NCBI GenBank assembly: GCA_029851085.1
Contig: CP100318.1
Span: 300,001 to 332,000 of the forward strand
Length of the DNA: 32,000 nt
Source: Candidatus Saccharimonadota bacterium
GTDB taxonomy: Bacteria > Bacteroidota > Bacteroidia > Flavobacteriales > Blattabacteriaceae
Reading direction: 5' to 3'
The translations under genes were made by a program, and so were the position numbers. Positions 10,656 to 19,091 of the stretch are shown piece by piece (position 1 is the stretch's first letter; each line of letters starts with the position of its first letter). The notes beneath the pieces were generated by a model. The model ran no database searches. It saw only the letters and a list, made by a program, of their open reading frames with translations, and had not been told where the DNA came from.

Positions 10656-11674
10656 ATGGATATAAAATACTTAAAGAAAATATTAAAAAGTTTTAAAAAA
10701 AAATTACATTATTATCACATAGAAATCCAGATGGTGATGCTATAGGTTCATCATTAGCAATGTTTTTATATTTAAAAAAACTTAACCATGATGTTTCTAT
10801 CATTATTCCTACAAATTATCCCCATTTTTTAAAATGGTTACCTAATAATGAAGATTTTATAATTTTTTCAGAAAAAAATCAAGGAGTAATTAAAGAAAAA
10901 ATTATATATTCAGATATAATAATATTTATAGATGTTCATAATTTATATAGAATAAAACCTATTGATATTTTTTTAGAAGAATCAAAAGCAATAAAAATGT
11001 TAATTGATCATCATGATCATTTGAAAAATGATGATTTTTTTGATTTAAAATTTTATGATCCAACAGCATCTTCTACAAGTATAATAATTTTTAGAATTAT
11101 AAACAGTATAGGTGATTTTAATATGATTGACCTACGTATAGCTACCTGCTTATATGTAAGTTTAATAACAGATACTGGTTCTTTTCGTTTTTCTATAACT
11201 CCTGAAACACATTATATAGCTGCAAAATTATTAGAAACTGGTATAGATATATCTTATATAAATAATAGAATATATAGTATATATACTAAATATCGTATGT
11301 CACTATTAGGAAAAACGTTGCAAAATGTAAAAATTATATCTATGTATAGAACTGCTTATACCATAATTAATGCTTATGATTTAAAAGATCATAATTATGG
11401 AGATACTGAAGGTTTTGTTAATTATGGGTTAGATATAAAAAATATTGTATTTTCTTTAATCTTTATTGAAGATCCTATACAAAAGTTGATTAAAATATCC
11501 TTTCGTTCTAAAGGAAATTTTGATGTTAATACTTTTGCAAAAAAACACTTTTCGGGAGGAGGACACAAAAATGCTGCAGGAGGTATTTCTAATAAAAGTT
11601 TAAATGAAACTATTAAATATTTTAATAGCATATTACCTATATATAAAAAAATTATTCAAAAAATAAACTTATAA
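10656..11674 (+). CDS. DHH-family phosphoesterase (NrnA-like oligoribonuclease/pAp phosphatase), reading frame broken at an A9 tract
   Basis: The ATG at 10656 gives MDIKYLKKILKSFKKK, then a stop at 10743-10745. The adjacent frame, open from 10697, reads KKITLLSHRNPDGDAIGSSLAMFLYLKK and carries DHH motif I. It continues into the 10760-11674 ORF, which has DHH, DTGSFRF and a GGGH motif. The two frames meet in the A9 run at 10695-10703. Confidence 0.75.
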
Positions 11675-12529
11675 TTATTTTACATGTCTATCTGCATGAT
11701 ATGAAGAACGAACTAAAGCTCCACTTTCTACATACATAAAACCCATTTTTAATGCTATATTTTCATATTTTTTAAATTTTTCTGGAGAAATAAAAGTACG
11801 AACAGCTATTTGTTGTTTTGATGGTTGTAAATATTGTCCTATTGTAATAATATCGACATTAGATTTTTTTATGTCTTCCATTGTTTCTAATATTTCTTCT
11901 TCAGTTTCTCCTAAACCTAACATTATGCCAGTTTTAGTACGACTTTCTCCGTTAGTTTTTAAATAACGTAAAAGTTCTAAACTACGATCATATTTAGCTT
12001 GAATACGTATTTCTTTAGTTAATCTTCGAACAGTTTCTAAATTGTGGGATATAACTTCAGGTTTTGTATTTATAATTTTATCTAAAAATTTTGTTTTTCC
12101 TTTAAAATCAGGTATTAATGTTTCAATAGTTGTGAATGGATTAAAATATCGTATAGTTTTAATAGTATTTATCCATAGTAACGATCCCATATCCTCCAAG
12201 TCATCTCTATTTACAGAAGTAATTACTGCATGTTTTATATTCATTTTTTTTATAGCAAATGCTACTTTTTCAGGTTCATTCCAATTTATCATTTTGGGAC
12301 GTCCAGTTTTTACATTGCAAAATCTACATGAACGAGTACAAATATTTCCTAATATCATAAAAGTAGCTATGCCATTTCCCCAACATTCACCAATATTAGG
12401 GCAATTTCCACTTTGGCAAATAGTGTTTAATTGATACTTATCTACTATATTTTGTAATTTATGATAATTTTTACTTATTGGTAGTTTTACTCTTATCCAA
12501 TTAGGTATTTTAGTGTTTGATTTATTCAT
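11675..12529 (-). CDS. lipA: Lipoyl synthase
   Basis: 284 aa ORF. It has the radical-SAM cluster motif CTRSCRFC, the N-terminal auxiliary cluster cysteines (CQSGNCPNIGEC) and a C-terminal RSSY motif. Confidence 0.92.
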   Translation of the reverse strand: MNKSNTKIPNWIRVKLPISKNYHKLQNIVDKYQLNTICQSGNCPNIGECWGNGIATFMILGNICTRSCRFCNVKTGRPKMINWNEPEKVAFAIKKMNIKHAVITSVNRDDLEDMGSLLWINTIKTIRYFNPFTTIETLIPDFKGKTKFLDKIINTKPEVISHNLETVRRLTKEIRIQAKYDRSLELLRYLKTNGESRTKTGIMLGLGETEEEILETMEDIKKSNVDIITIGQYLQPSKQQIAVRTFISPEKFKKYENIALKMGFMYVESGALVRSSYHADRHVK

Positions 12530-12605
12530 AACATAAAATATTGTACTTATAATAATAATATTATTTTTATTTTTAGTAATTTTATTATTAAATATTTTTT
12601 TGTAA

Positions 12606-13688
12606 ATGAAAGTAAAAGATGTTACTAATGCAGTTGATAAACTTGCTTATCCCGAATATGCTGAAAATTATGATAATGTAGGACTTTTAATAGGAGATTA
12701 TGATAATAACATATCTAAAATATTAATAACTTTAGATATTACTGAAGCAGTATTAAAAGAAGCTATTGATAATAAATATAATCTTATTATTAGTTATCAT
12801 CCTATTATTTTTAACGGAATAAAAAAAATAATAGGATCTAATTATAGAGAACGAATAATAATATCTGCAATTAAACATGATATTTCTATTTATGTAATTC
12901 ACACTAATTTGGATGTTATGCCGAATGGTACTAATTATTATATTGGTAAGCGCTTAGGATTAATTAAACAAAAAATATTAATTCCTAAATTAGGTTGTAT
13001 TAAAAAATTAACAACTTATGTACCTAAAAAATATGCTAATATTGTAAGAACATCTTTATTTAAAGTAGGAGCAGGAAATATAGGTAATTATGATTATTGT
13101 AGTTTTAATTTTGAAGGTATAGGTAGTTTTATGGGAAAAAAAGATTCAAATCCTTTTATTGGAAATAAAGGTGAAATTAATTTTAAAGAAGAAACGTGTA
13201 TTAACGTTATTTTTCCTATACATAAAGAACGTTTAGTTATAGAAGCTCTGATTAAAAATCATCCTTATGAAGATGTTGCATATGAAGTTGTTGATATTAA
13301 TAATCAATATTTTGGTTTAGGTACAGTTGGATTTTTAAAAGAAAGTATGTCAGAAAAATATTTTTTTTCTTTTTTGAAAGAAAAAATGTGTACGAATAAC
13401 ATTCGTCATTCTTCTTTTTTAAATAAACCTATTAAAAAAGTTGCTTTAATAGGTGGTTCAGGTAGTTTTGGATTATTTTATGCTAAAGAAGTAAATGCTG
13501 ATATTTTTATATCATCTGATTTTAAATATCATCATTTTTTTGAAACAAATATTTTAATTGCTGATATTGGACATTATGAATCTGAGCAATTTACAAAAGA
13601 CTTAATAGAAACTTATTTAAGAGATAAATTTCCTAATTTAGTTATTTTTAAATCAAAAATTAACACTAATCCCGTTAATTATTATTAG
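12606..13688 (+). CDS. NIF3-family dinuclear metal centre protein (YbgI/GTP cyclohydrolase 1 type 2 homologue) with inserted PII-like domain
   Basis: 360 aa ORF. The NIF3 signatures are the N-terminal NVGLLIGD, ISYHPIIF and HTNLD, and the C-terminal GGSGSF and IGHYESE. Confidence 0.8.
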   Translation: MKVKDVTNAVDKLAYPEYAENYDNVGLLIGDYDNNISKILITLDITEAVLKEAIDNKYNLIISYHPIIFNGIKKIIGSNYRERIIISAIKHDISIYVIHTNLDVMPNGTNYYIGKRLGLIKQKILIPKLGCIKKLTTYVPKKYANIVRTSLFKVGAGNIGNYDYCSFNFEGIGSFMGKKDSNPFIGNKGEINFKEETCINVIFPIHKERLVIEALIKNHPYEDVAYEVVDINNQYFGLGTVGFLKESMSEKYFFSFLKEKMCTNNIRHSSFLNKPIKKVALIGGSGSFGLFYAKEVNADIFISSDFKYHHFFETNILIADIGHYESEQFTKDLIETYLRDKFPNLVIFKSKINTNPVNYY

Positions 13689-13691
13689 ATA

Positions 13692-14465
13692 ATGAAAACA
13701 TTTGAAAATAAGTTAATAGCATTATATAAATTACAATTAATAGATTCTCGTATTGATGAAATACGATCTTATAGAGAAAATCTTCCTTTAGAGGTAAAAA
13801 AAATAGAAAATGAAATTAAAGTATTAAAACAAAAAATAGAAAATATTAATAATGAAATTAATTCATTGTATGAAAACATAAACAATAAAAATAAAACTAT
13901 TAAAGAAGCAGAAAATATTATTAATAAATACAATATTCATAAAATAAATGTACATAATAATCGTGAATATGAAGTTATTAATAAAGAAATTGAATATCAA
14001 AAATTAATAATAGAATTATCTTTAAAAGAAATTAAAGAATTTAAATCAAAAATTAATAATAATAATATTTATATACAAGAGTTAGAAGTTATTATTAATA
14101 ATAATAATGATTGTATTTTTAAAAAAAAAGAAATTTTAGATCAAATTTTTTTAGAAATTGAAGATAAAGAAAAATTTCTTTTAGAAAAAAAAGAATTGTG
14201 TTCTAAAGAAATTGAAGATAATTTATTACAAATTTATGAAAAAATACGTAATAAAATTGAATATGGATTGGCTGTAGTACCAGTACAAAGAGGAGTTGCA
14301 GTAGGATCTTTTTTATTTATTCCACTTCAAACATATTCAGAACTTTTTCAAAGAAAAAAAATAATTATAGATGAACATAGTGGTAGAATACTTATCGATA
14401 ATGATTTAGCTAAAAAAGTTGAAAAAATAGTAGAAGATGAAATATTTTCAAGATATAATTCCTGA
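13692..14465 (+). CDS. COG1579-type coiled-coil protein (normally 'zinc-ribbon domain protein'), here without ribbon cysteines
   Basis: 257 aa ORF made of long K/E/N/I-rich coiled-coil sequence. The C-terminal block is GLAVVPVQRG...IPLQ...RKKIIIDEHSGRILI. It sits immediately downstream of the NIF3 gene, a conserved pairing. It ends with TGA. Confidence 0.65.
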   Translation: MKTFENKLIALYKLQLIDSRIDEIRSYRENLPLEVKKIENEIKVLKQKIENINNEINSLYENINNKNKTIKEAENIINKYNIHKINVHNNREYEVINKEIEYQKLIIELSLKEIKEFKSKINNNNIYIQELEVIINNNNDCIFKKKEILDQIFLEIEDKEKFLLEKKELCSKEIEDNLLQIYEKIRNKIEYGLAVVPVQRGVAVGSFLFIPLQTYSELFQRKKIIIDEHSGRILIDNDLAKKVEKIVEDEIFSRYNS

Positions 14466-15626
14466 TCCTATTACTTCTTCTCCAAGATACCAAACTGCAA
14501 ATTGTCCTTTAGTTATAGCAATTTGATTATTTTTAAATTCTATATACATACCATTATCTACTTTATATAAAGTAGCTTTTTGTAGTGATTGTCTATAACG
14601 AATTCTACAACTTACTTCTAATTTTTCTCCATTATGGATAGATAAGTCATTACGTATCCAATGTAATTCTTTATTATTTATAAATAATACTTTTTTATAT
14701 AAACCTGGATGCATATTACTCATACCAACATATACTATATTATTATTAATATCAGTATCAATAACAAAAAGTGCTTTTTTATATCCTCCAACTCCTAACC
14801 ATTTACGTTGACCTATAGTATATACACATGCTCCTATATGTTGTCCAATAATTTTTCCATCGGTTTTTTTATAAATTTTTCTTTTAGAAAGAAAATTTAA
14901 ATAATCATTTTTTGATAAAAAATTATATTTTTGTTTTTTATATATTTCAGAATCTGAAGGTATTTCTACAATATCTCCTTTTTTTAATTTTAGTTTTGAT
15001 TTCAAAAAATCAGGTAATCGTATTTTTCCTACAAAACAAAGTCCTTGAGAATCTTTTTTTTTTGCTGTAATTAATCCAGCTTTAGTGGCAATTATTCTAA
15101 CTTCTTTTTTTGTAAATTTTCCTAAAGGAAAAATAATTTTATCTAATTGATATTGGTTAAGTTGACAAAGAAAATATGATTGATCTTTATTATTATCTTT
15201 TCCGGATAATAACCTATATATTATTTTTTTTTCACAACAAACTTTTATTTGTGCATAATGACCAGTAGCCATAAAATTTGCACCTAATAACTGAGCTTTT
15301 TTCCAAAAAATATCGAATTTAATTTTTCGATTGCAAAGTATATCAGGATTAGGAGTACGACCAATGGAATATTCATTAAACATATAGTCTATAACATTAT
15401 TTTTATATTCTTTGCTAAGATCAATAATTTGAAAAGGAATACCTATTTTTTTTGCTACTAACATAGCATCTATACTATCTTCTATCCAAGAACATGTTCT
15501 TAAATTTTTTTCATACCAATTACGTATGAAAATACCAATAACTTCATAACCTTTTAATTTTAATAATAAAGCAGCTACACTAGAATCAACACCTCCAGAA
15601 AGTCCTACTACAACACGTTTATTCAT
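14448..15626 (-). CDS. mnmA: tRNA 2-thiouridine(34) synthase
   Basis: 392 aa ORF with the PP-loop VVVGLSGGVDSSV and the motifs GRTPNPDILCN, ATGHYA and DQSYFL. Confidence 0.92.
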   Translation of the reverse strand: MNKRVVVGLSGGVDSSVAALLLKLKGYEVIGIFIRNWYEKNLRTCSWIEDSIDAMLVAKKIGIPFQIIDLSKEYKNNVIDYMFNEYSIGRTPNPDILCNRKIKFDIFWKKAQLLGANFMATGHYAQIKVCCEKKIIYRLLSGKDNNKDQSYFLCQLNQYQLDKIIFPLGKFTKKEVRIIATKAGLITAKKKDSQGLCFVGKIRLPDFLKSKLKLKKGDIVEIPSDSEIYKKQKYNFLSKNDYLNFLSKRKIYKKTDGKIIGQHIGACVYTIGQRKWLGVGGYKKALFVIDTDINNNIVYVGMSNMHPGLYKKVLFINNKELHWIRNDLSIHNGEKLEVSCRIRYRQSLQKATLYKVDNGMYIEFKNNQIAITKGQFAVWYLGEEVIGSGIIS

Positions 15627-15653
15627 AAATCTACAACACGTTTATTCATAAAT
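15608..15653. repeat. Perfect 23-bp tandem duplication (2 copies) spanning the mnmA start codon
   Basis: 15608-15630 and 15631-15653 are both ctacaacacgtttattcataaat. On the minus strand each copy contains ATGAATAAACGTGTTGTAG. Confidence 0.95.
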
Positions 15654-16750
15654 TAAGAAAACATTTCTCGTACTCTATCAAAAAATGATTTTTCTGAATA
15701 ATTAGGTTGAGGTAAAAAATTTTCATTTTTTTTCATTTTTTCAAAAAATTCCTTTTGTTCTTTAGTTAATTTTTTAGGTGTCCAAACATTAACATGAATT
15801 AAAATGTCTCCTTTTTCATAACTTTCAATGTTAGGTAATCCTTTACTTTTCAATCTAAGAATTTTACCAGATTGAGTTCCTTGGTCAATTTTTATCATGA
15901 CTTTTCCACCAATAATTGGAATTTCTTTATAAGCGCCTAATACAGCCTCTGGTATAGATATATATAAATCATAATGTAAATTATTACCTTCACGTTTTAA
16001 TAAATTATGAGGAATTTCTTCAATCTTCACTATAAGATCTCCAGATTCTCCACCAAATGGTGCTTGATTTCCTTTACCAGTAACTTTTAGTTGTATTCCA
16101 TCATTTAACCCTGCTGGTATTTTAATTTTTACCAATTCTTCTTCTTTAATTAATCCTTGATTATTTGCACCTTTTGGTATAAAATCTATTATCTCACCTA
16201 TACCTTGACATATATTACACGTAGTAGTAGTTTGCATTCGTCCTAATATAGTATTAGTTATTTGTGTAATATGTCCACTTCCTTTACATTTATTACAATT
16301 TTTGAATTTTGTACCATGTGCTATTTTCATACGTTTTACTTTAACTGTTTTTTCAACACCTTTAGCTATTTCTTCTAAATTAAGTTTAACTCTTATACGA
16401 AGGTCACTTCCTTTTATACTACTACCCCGTTTTGAACTTCTACCAAAACCAAATGCTGAACCAAAAGCATCTCCAAAAATATCACCAAAATTAGAAAAAA
16501 TATCTTCCATATTCATGGAAGCTCCTTGATGTACACCAGTATGACCAAATTGATCATATCGTTGTCTTTTTTCAGGATTACTTAAAATATCATAAGCTTC
16601 AGCTGCTTCTTTAAATTTTTCCTCAGCTTCTTTTTTATTATTAGGATTTTTATCTGGATGATATTTAATAGCTAATTTTCGATAAGCTTTTTTAATTTCT
16701 TCTGATGAAGCATTTTTAGAAACCCCCAATATATCGTAATAATCTTTCAT
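15653..16750 (-). CDS. dnaJ: Molecular chaperone DnaJ
   Basis: 365 aa ORF. It has a J domain with HPD (YHPDKNP), a G/F-rich linker, and four CxxCxG zinc-finger repeats ([16 protein letters not shown] etc.). Confidence 0.93.
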   Translation of the reverse strand: MKDYYDILGVSKNASSEEIKKAYRKLAIKYHPDKNPNNKKEAEEKFKEAAEAYDILSNPEKRQRYDQFGHTGVHQGASMNMEDIFSNFGDIFGDAFGSAFGFGRSSKRGSSIKGSDLRIRVKLNLEEIAKGVEKTVKVKRMKIAHGTKFKNCNKCKGSGHITQITNTILGRMQTTTTCNICQGIGEIIDFIPKGANNQGLIKEEELVKIKIPAGLNDGIQLKVTGKGNQAPFGGESGDLIVKIEEIPHNLLKREGNNLHYDLYISIPEAVLGAYKEIPIIGGKVMIKIDQGTQSGKILRLKSKGLPNIESYEKGDILIHVNVWTPKKLTKEQKEFFEKMKKNENFLPQPNYSEKSFFDRVREMFS

Positions 16751-16756
16751 AATAAT

Positions 16757-17434
16757 TTATTTGGCAACAACTACTTTAGCATATCTAATAACTTGGTCTT
16801 GTAATAAATATCCAGATTCAACAACATCCATAATTTTATTTTTTAGATTATCTTTATTTGCTGGTACTTGTGTAATAGCTTCATGAAAATCTGTATTAAA
16901 ATCAGATCCTTTTTCAACTTTTATTTTTTTTAAACCCTCATATTCTAATATTTTCATTAATTTATCTTTGATAAGTATCATACCTTTATATTTTTTAATT
17001 TCTTCAAATCCTCGTTCAAAGTCATCTAAAATAGGTAATAAACCCATAATAAGAGCTTTATTGGCTGTTTTGAATAATTCTAAACGCTCTTTTTGAGTAC
17101 GTTTTTTATAATTTTCAAATTCTGCATAAAGGCGTAAAAATCTATCTTTTTCTTCTGCTATTTTTTTTATTAAAATATCTATTTCGGATTGTTCATATAT
17201 TTTTTCTTTATTTAAATCTTTATTTAAATCTTTATTTAAATCTTTATTTAAATCTTTATTTAAATCTTTATTTAAATCTTTATTTAAATCTTTATTTAAA
17301 TCTTTATTTAAATCTTTATTTAAATCTTTATTTAAATCTTTATTTAAATCTTTATTTAAATCTTTATTTAAATCTTTATTTAAATTTTCATTTAAATTTT
17401 TATAGTTTTGGGATAATTTATCCACTATGTTCAT
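16757..17434 (-). CDS. grpE: Nucleotide exchange factor GrpE with expanded N-terminal (NKDL)n repeat
   Basis: 225 aa ORF. The C-terminal two thirds are a canonical GrpE (RLYAEFENYKKR, LLPILDDFERG, FHEAI, RYAKVVVAK). It lies directly upstream of dnaJ. Confidence 0.92.
   Translation of the reverse strand: MNIVDKLSQNYKNLNENLNKDLNKDLNKDLNKDLNKDLNKDLNKDLNKDLNKDLNKDLNKDLNKDLNKDLNKDLNKEKIYEQSEIDILIKKIAEEKDRFLRLYAEFENYKKRTQKERLELFKTANKALIMGLLPILDDFERGFEEIKKYKGMILIKDKLMKILEYEGLKKIKVEKGSDFNTDFHEAITQVPANKDNLKNKIMDVVESGYLLQDQVIRYAKVVVAK
17206..17397. repeat. 12-bp tandem repeat, 15 perfect copies plus 1 degenerate copy, inside grpE
   Basis: The unit ctttatttaaat repeats without a mismatch from 17206 to 17385. 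The next unit, 17386-17397 (tttcatttaaat), has 2 mismatches. The repeat is in frame on the minus strand and encodes NKDL. Confidence 0.97.
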
Positions 17435-17511
17435 AAGTAATTTTATGTTTTTTAGTTATTGAACAACAAATAAAATAGCTATATTTTTTTAAATACAAAA
17501 TTAATAAATAA

Positions 17512-18324
17512 TTATTTATTATAATATTTTTTATAAAAAAATATAATACCTGTTATTATAAAAGGTATACTCAATATTTGTCCAATATTTATAGTAAGTT
17601 TTGATTCAAAATCAGTTTGATTTGCTTTAAAAAATTCAATTATAAATCTTATTGAAAATAAAAAAATTAATAATGTTCCAAAAATAAACCCATGATTTTG
17701 TGTAAAATTTTTTTTATATAAAAAATATAAAATAATAAATATTATAAAATAAGCAATAGCTTCATATATTTGTGTAGGATGTCTTGGTATTAAATCAATT
17801 CTTTTAAAGATAATTCCATAATTACTATTTGTAGGTTTTCCAATAATTTCTGAATTAGCAAAATTTCCTAATCTAATAAAAGAACATGTTAATGGAGTAA
17901 CAATAGATATCCTATCTAAAATAGATAATATATTTATTCTATTATTTATGTTATAAATAAATATTGATAATAAAATACCTAATGCACCACCGTGACTTGC
18001 TAATCCTTGAAATCCTATAAATTTAATTTCTCCTTTTTTGAATTTAACTGGTAAAATAATTTCTATAGGATTTTTTAAATAGTATTTAAATTCATAAAAT
18101 AAACAATGACCTATTCTAGCACCTAGAATAATACCAATTATTATATATAATACCAAAGTTTCAAATTTATGTTCAGTTATTATACTATTAACACAAATAG
18201 ATTTTAATATTTGATATCCTAATAATAATCCAATAACAAATAAAATACCATAGTATCTTATTGATAATAAATTGAAAATTTTAATAATTTCAGGATTCAG
18301 ATTCCATATTATGGAGATATTCAT
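17512..18324 (-). CDS. lgt: Prolipoprotein diacylglyceryl transferase
   Basis: 270 aa polytopic membrane protein. It carries IRYYGILFVIG, GARIGH and the Lgt signature GLASHGG, plus RHPTQIYE. Confidence 0.88.
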   Translation of the reverse strand: MNISIIWNLNPEIIKIFNLLSIRYYGILFVIGLLLGYQILKSICVNSIITEHKFETLVLYIIIGIILGARIGHCLFYEFKYYLKNPIEIILPVKFKKGEIKFIGFQGLASHGGALGILLSIFIYNINNRINILSILDRISIVTPLTCSFIRLGNFANSEIIGKPTNSNYGIIFKRIDLIPRHPTQIYEAIAYFIIFIILYFLYKKNFTQNHGFIFGTLLIFLFSIRFIIEFFKANQTDFESKLTINIGQILSIPFIITGIIFFYKKYYNK

Positions 18325-18353
18325 TATTTTTATTATTAATTTATTTATAAAAA

Positions 18354-19091
18354 TTGAGATATTTTATAGAATTAGCTTATAATGGAAATAATTATCATGG
18401 ATGGCAAATACAAAAAAATAATATATCAATAGAAGAAGTTTTAGAATATTGTCTTTCTAAATTATTAAAACGTTCTATTAATTTAATAGGAGCTGGACGT
18501 ACAGATAGTGGTGTACATGCATTACAAATGTTTGCTCATTTTGATTTTGAAAAAAATATTGAAATTTCTTTGGTAGATAAATTAAATCGTTTTTTACCTA
18601 AATCAATTAAAGTATTTCGTATTTTCATGGTAAAAAATAATGCTCATGCTAGATTCGATGTTATTAAACGTACTTATGAGTATCACATATTATTGCAAAA
18701 AGATCCTTTTTGTTATAAAATGAATTGGCAATTATCAGGTGTAAAATTGAATATTCAAAAAATGAATCAAGCATCTGAATTTCTAATTAAAAATACAGAT
18801 TTTAGTATTTTTTGTAAAAAAAACAAAAGTTCTACTAAAAATTGTATACTATATAAAGCATATTGGGATCTATATGGTAATAAATTATGCTTTACTATTG
18901 AAGCTAATAGGTTTTTAAGAAATATGGTAAGATCTATAGTAGGTACTATTATAAAAATAGGAATAGAAAAACTTAGTATAGAAGATTTTATAAAAATTAT
19001 TAAAAATAATAATCGTAATTTATTAGGTAGTTCTGCCCCCCCATACGGATTATTTTTAGTTAAAATTATTTATAATAATAAAATTTATTAA
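18354..19091 (+). CDS. truA: tRNA pseudouridine(38-40) synthase, TTG start
   Basis: 245 aa ORF starting (M)RYFIELAYNGNNYHGWQIQ, with the catalytic GAGRTDSGVHA. The in-frame TAA at 18348-18350 forces the TTG at 18354 to be the start. Confidence 0.88.
   Translation: MRYFIELAYNGNNYHGWQIQKNNISIEEVLEYCLSKLLKRSINLIGAGRTDSGVHALQMFAHFDFEKNIEISLVDKLNRFLPKSIKVFRIFMVKNNAHARFDVIKRTYEYHILLQKDPFCYKMNWQLSGVKLNIQKMNQASEFLIKNTDFSIFCKKNKSSTKNCILYKAYWDLYGNKLCFTIEANRFLRNMVRSIVGTIIKIGIEKLSIEDFIKIIKNNNRNLLGSSAPPYGLFLVKIIYNNKIY

Noticed and set aside
12042-12434. 130 aa ORF on the plus strand inside lipA, plus similar antisense ORFs at 267-530, 7256-7525, 8979-9212, 11422-11631, 16302-16529, 19288-19470 and 27702-27911
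   Set aside because: All lie entirely antisense to strongly supported conserved genes. They have low-complexity, F/I/L/N-rich or otherwise compositionally odd translations with no recognisable motifs. They are expected by chance in AT-rich DNA, where the complement of a coding frame lacks stops.
14463-14465. Possibility that TGA is reassigned (code 4), as in some reduced genomes
   Set aside because: Trp is encoded by TGG throughout. I saw no in-frame TGA interrupting any conserved gene in the window. prfB is intact, and TGA terminates the COG1579 ORF at a sensible position. The standard bacterial code fits.
17435-17511. Heat-shock regulatory element (CIRCE) or a Bacteroidetes -33/-7 promoter upstream of grpE
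   Set aside because: There is no TTAGCACTC-N9-GAGTGCTAA-like inverted repeat and no clean TAnnTTTG match. In DNA this AT-rich, any partial match is uninformative without transcript mapping.
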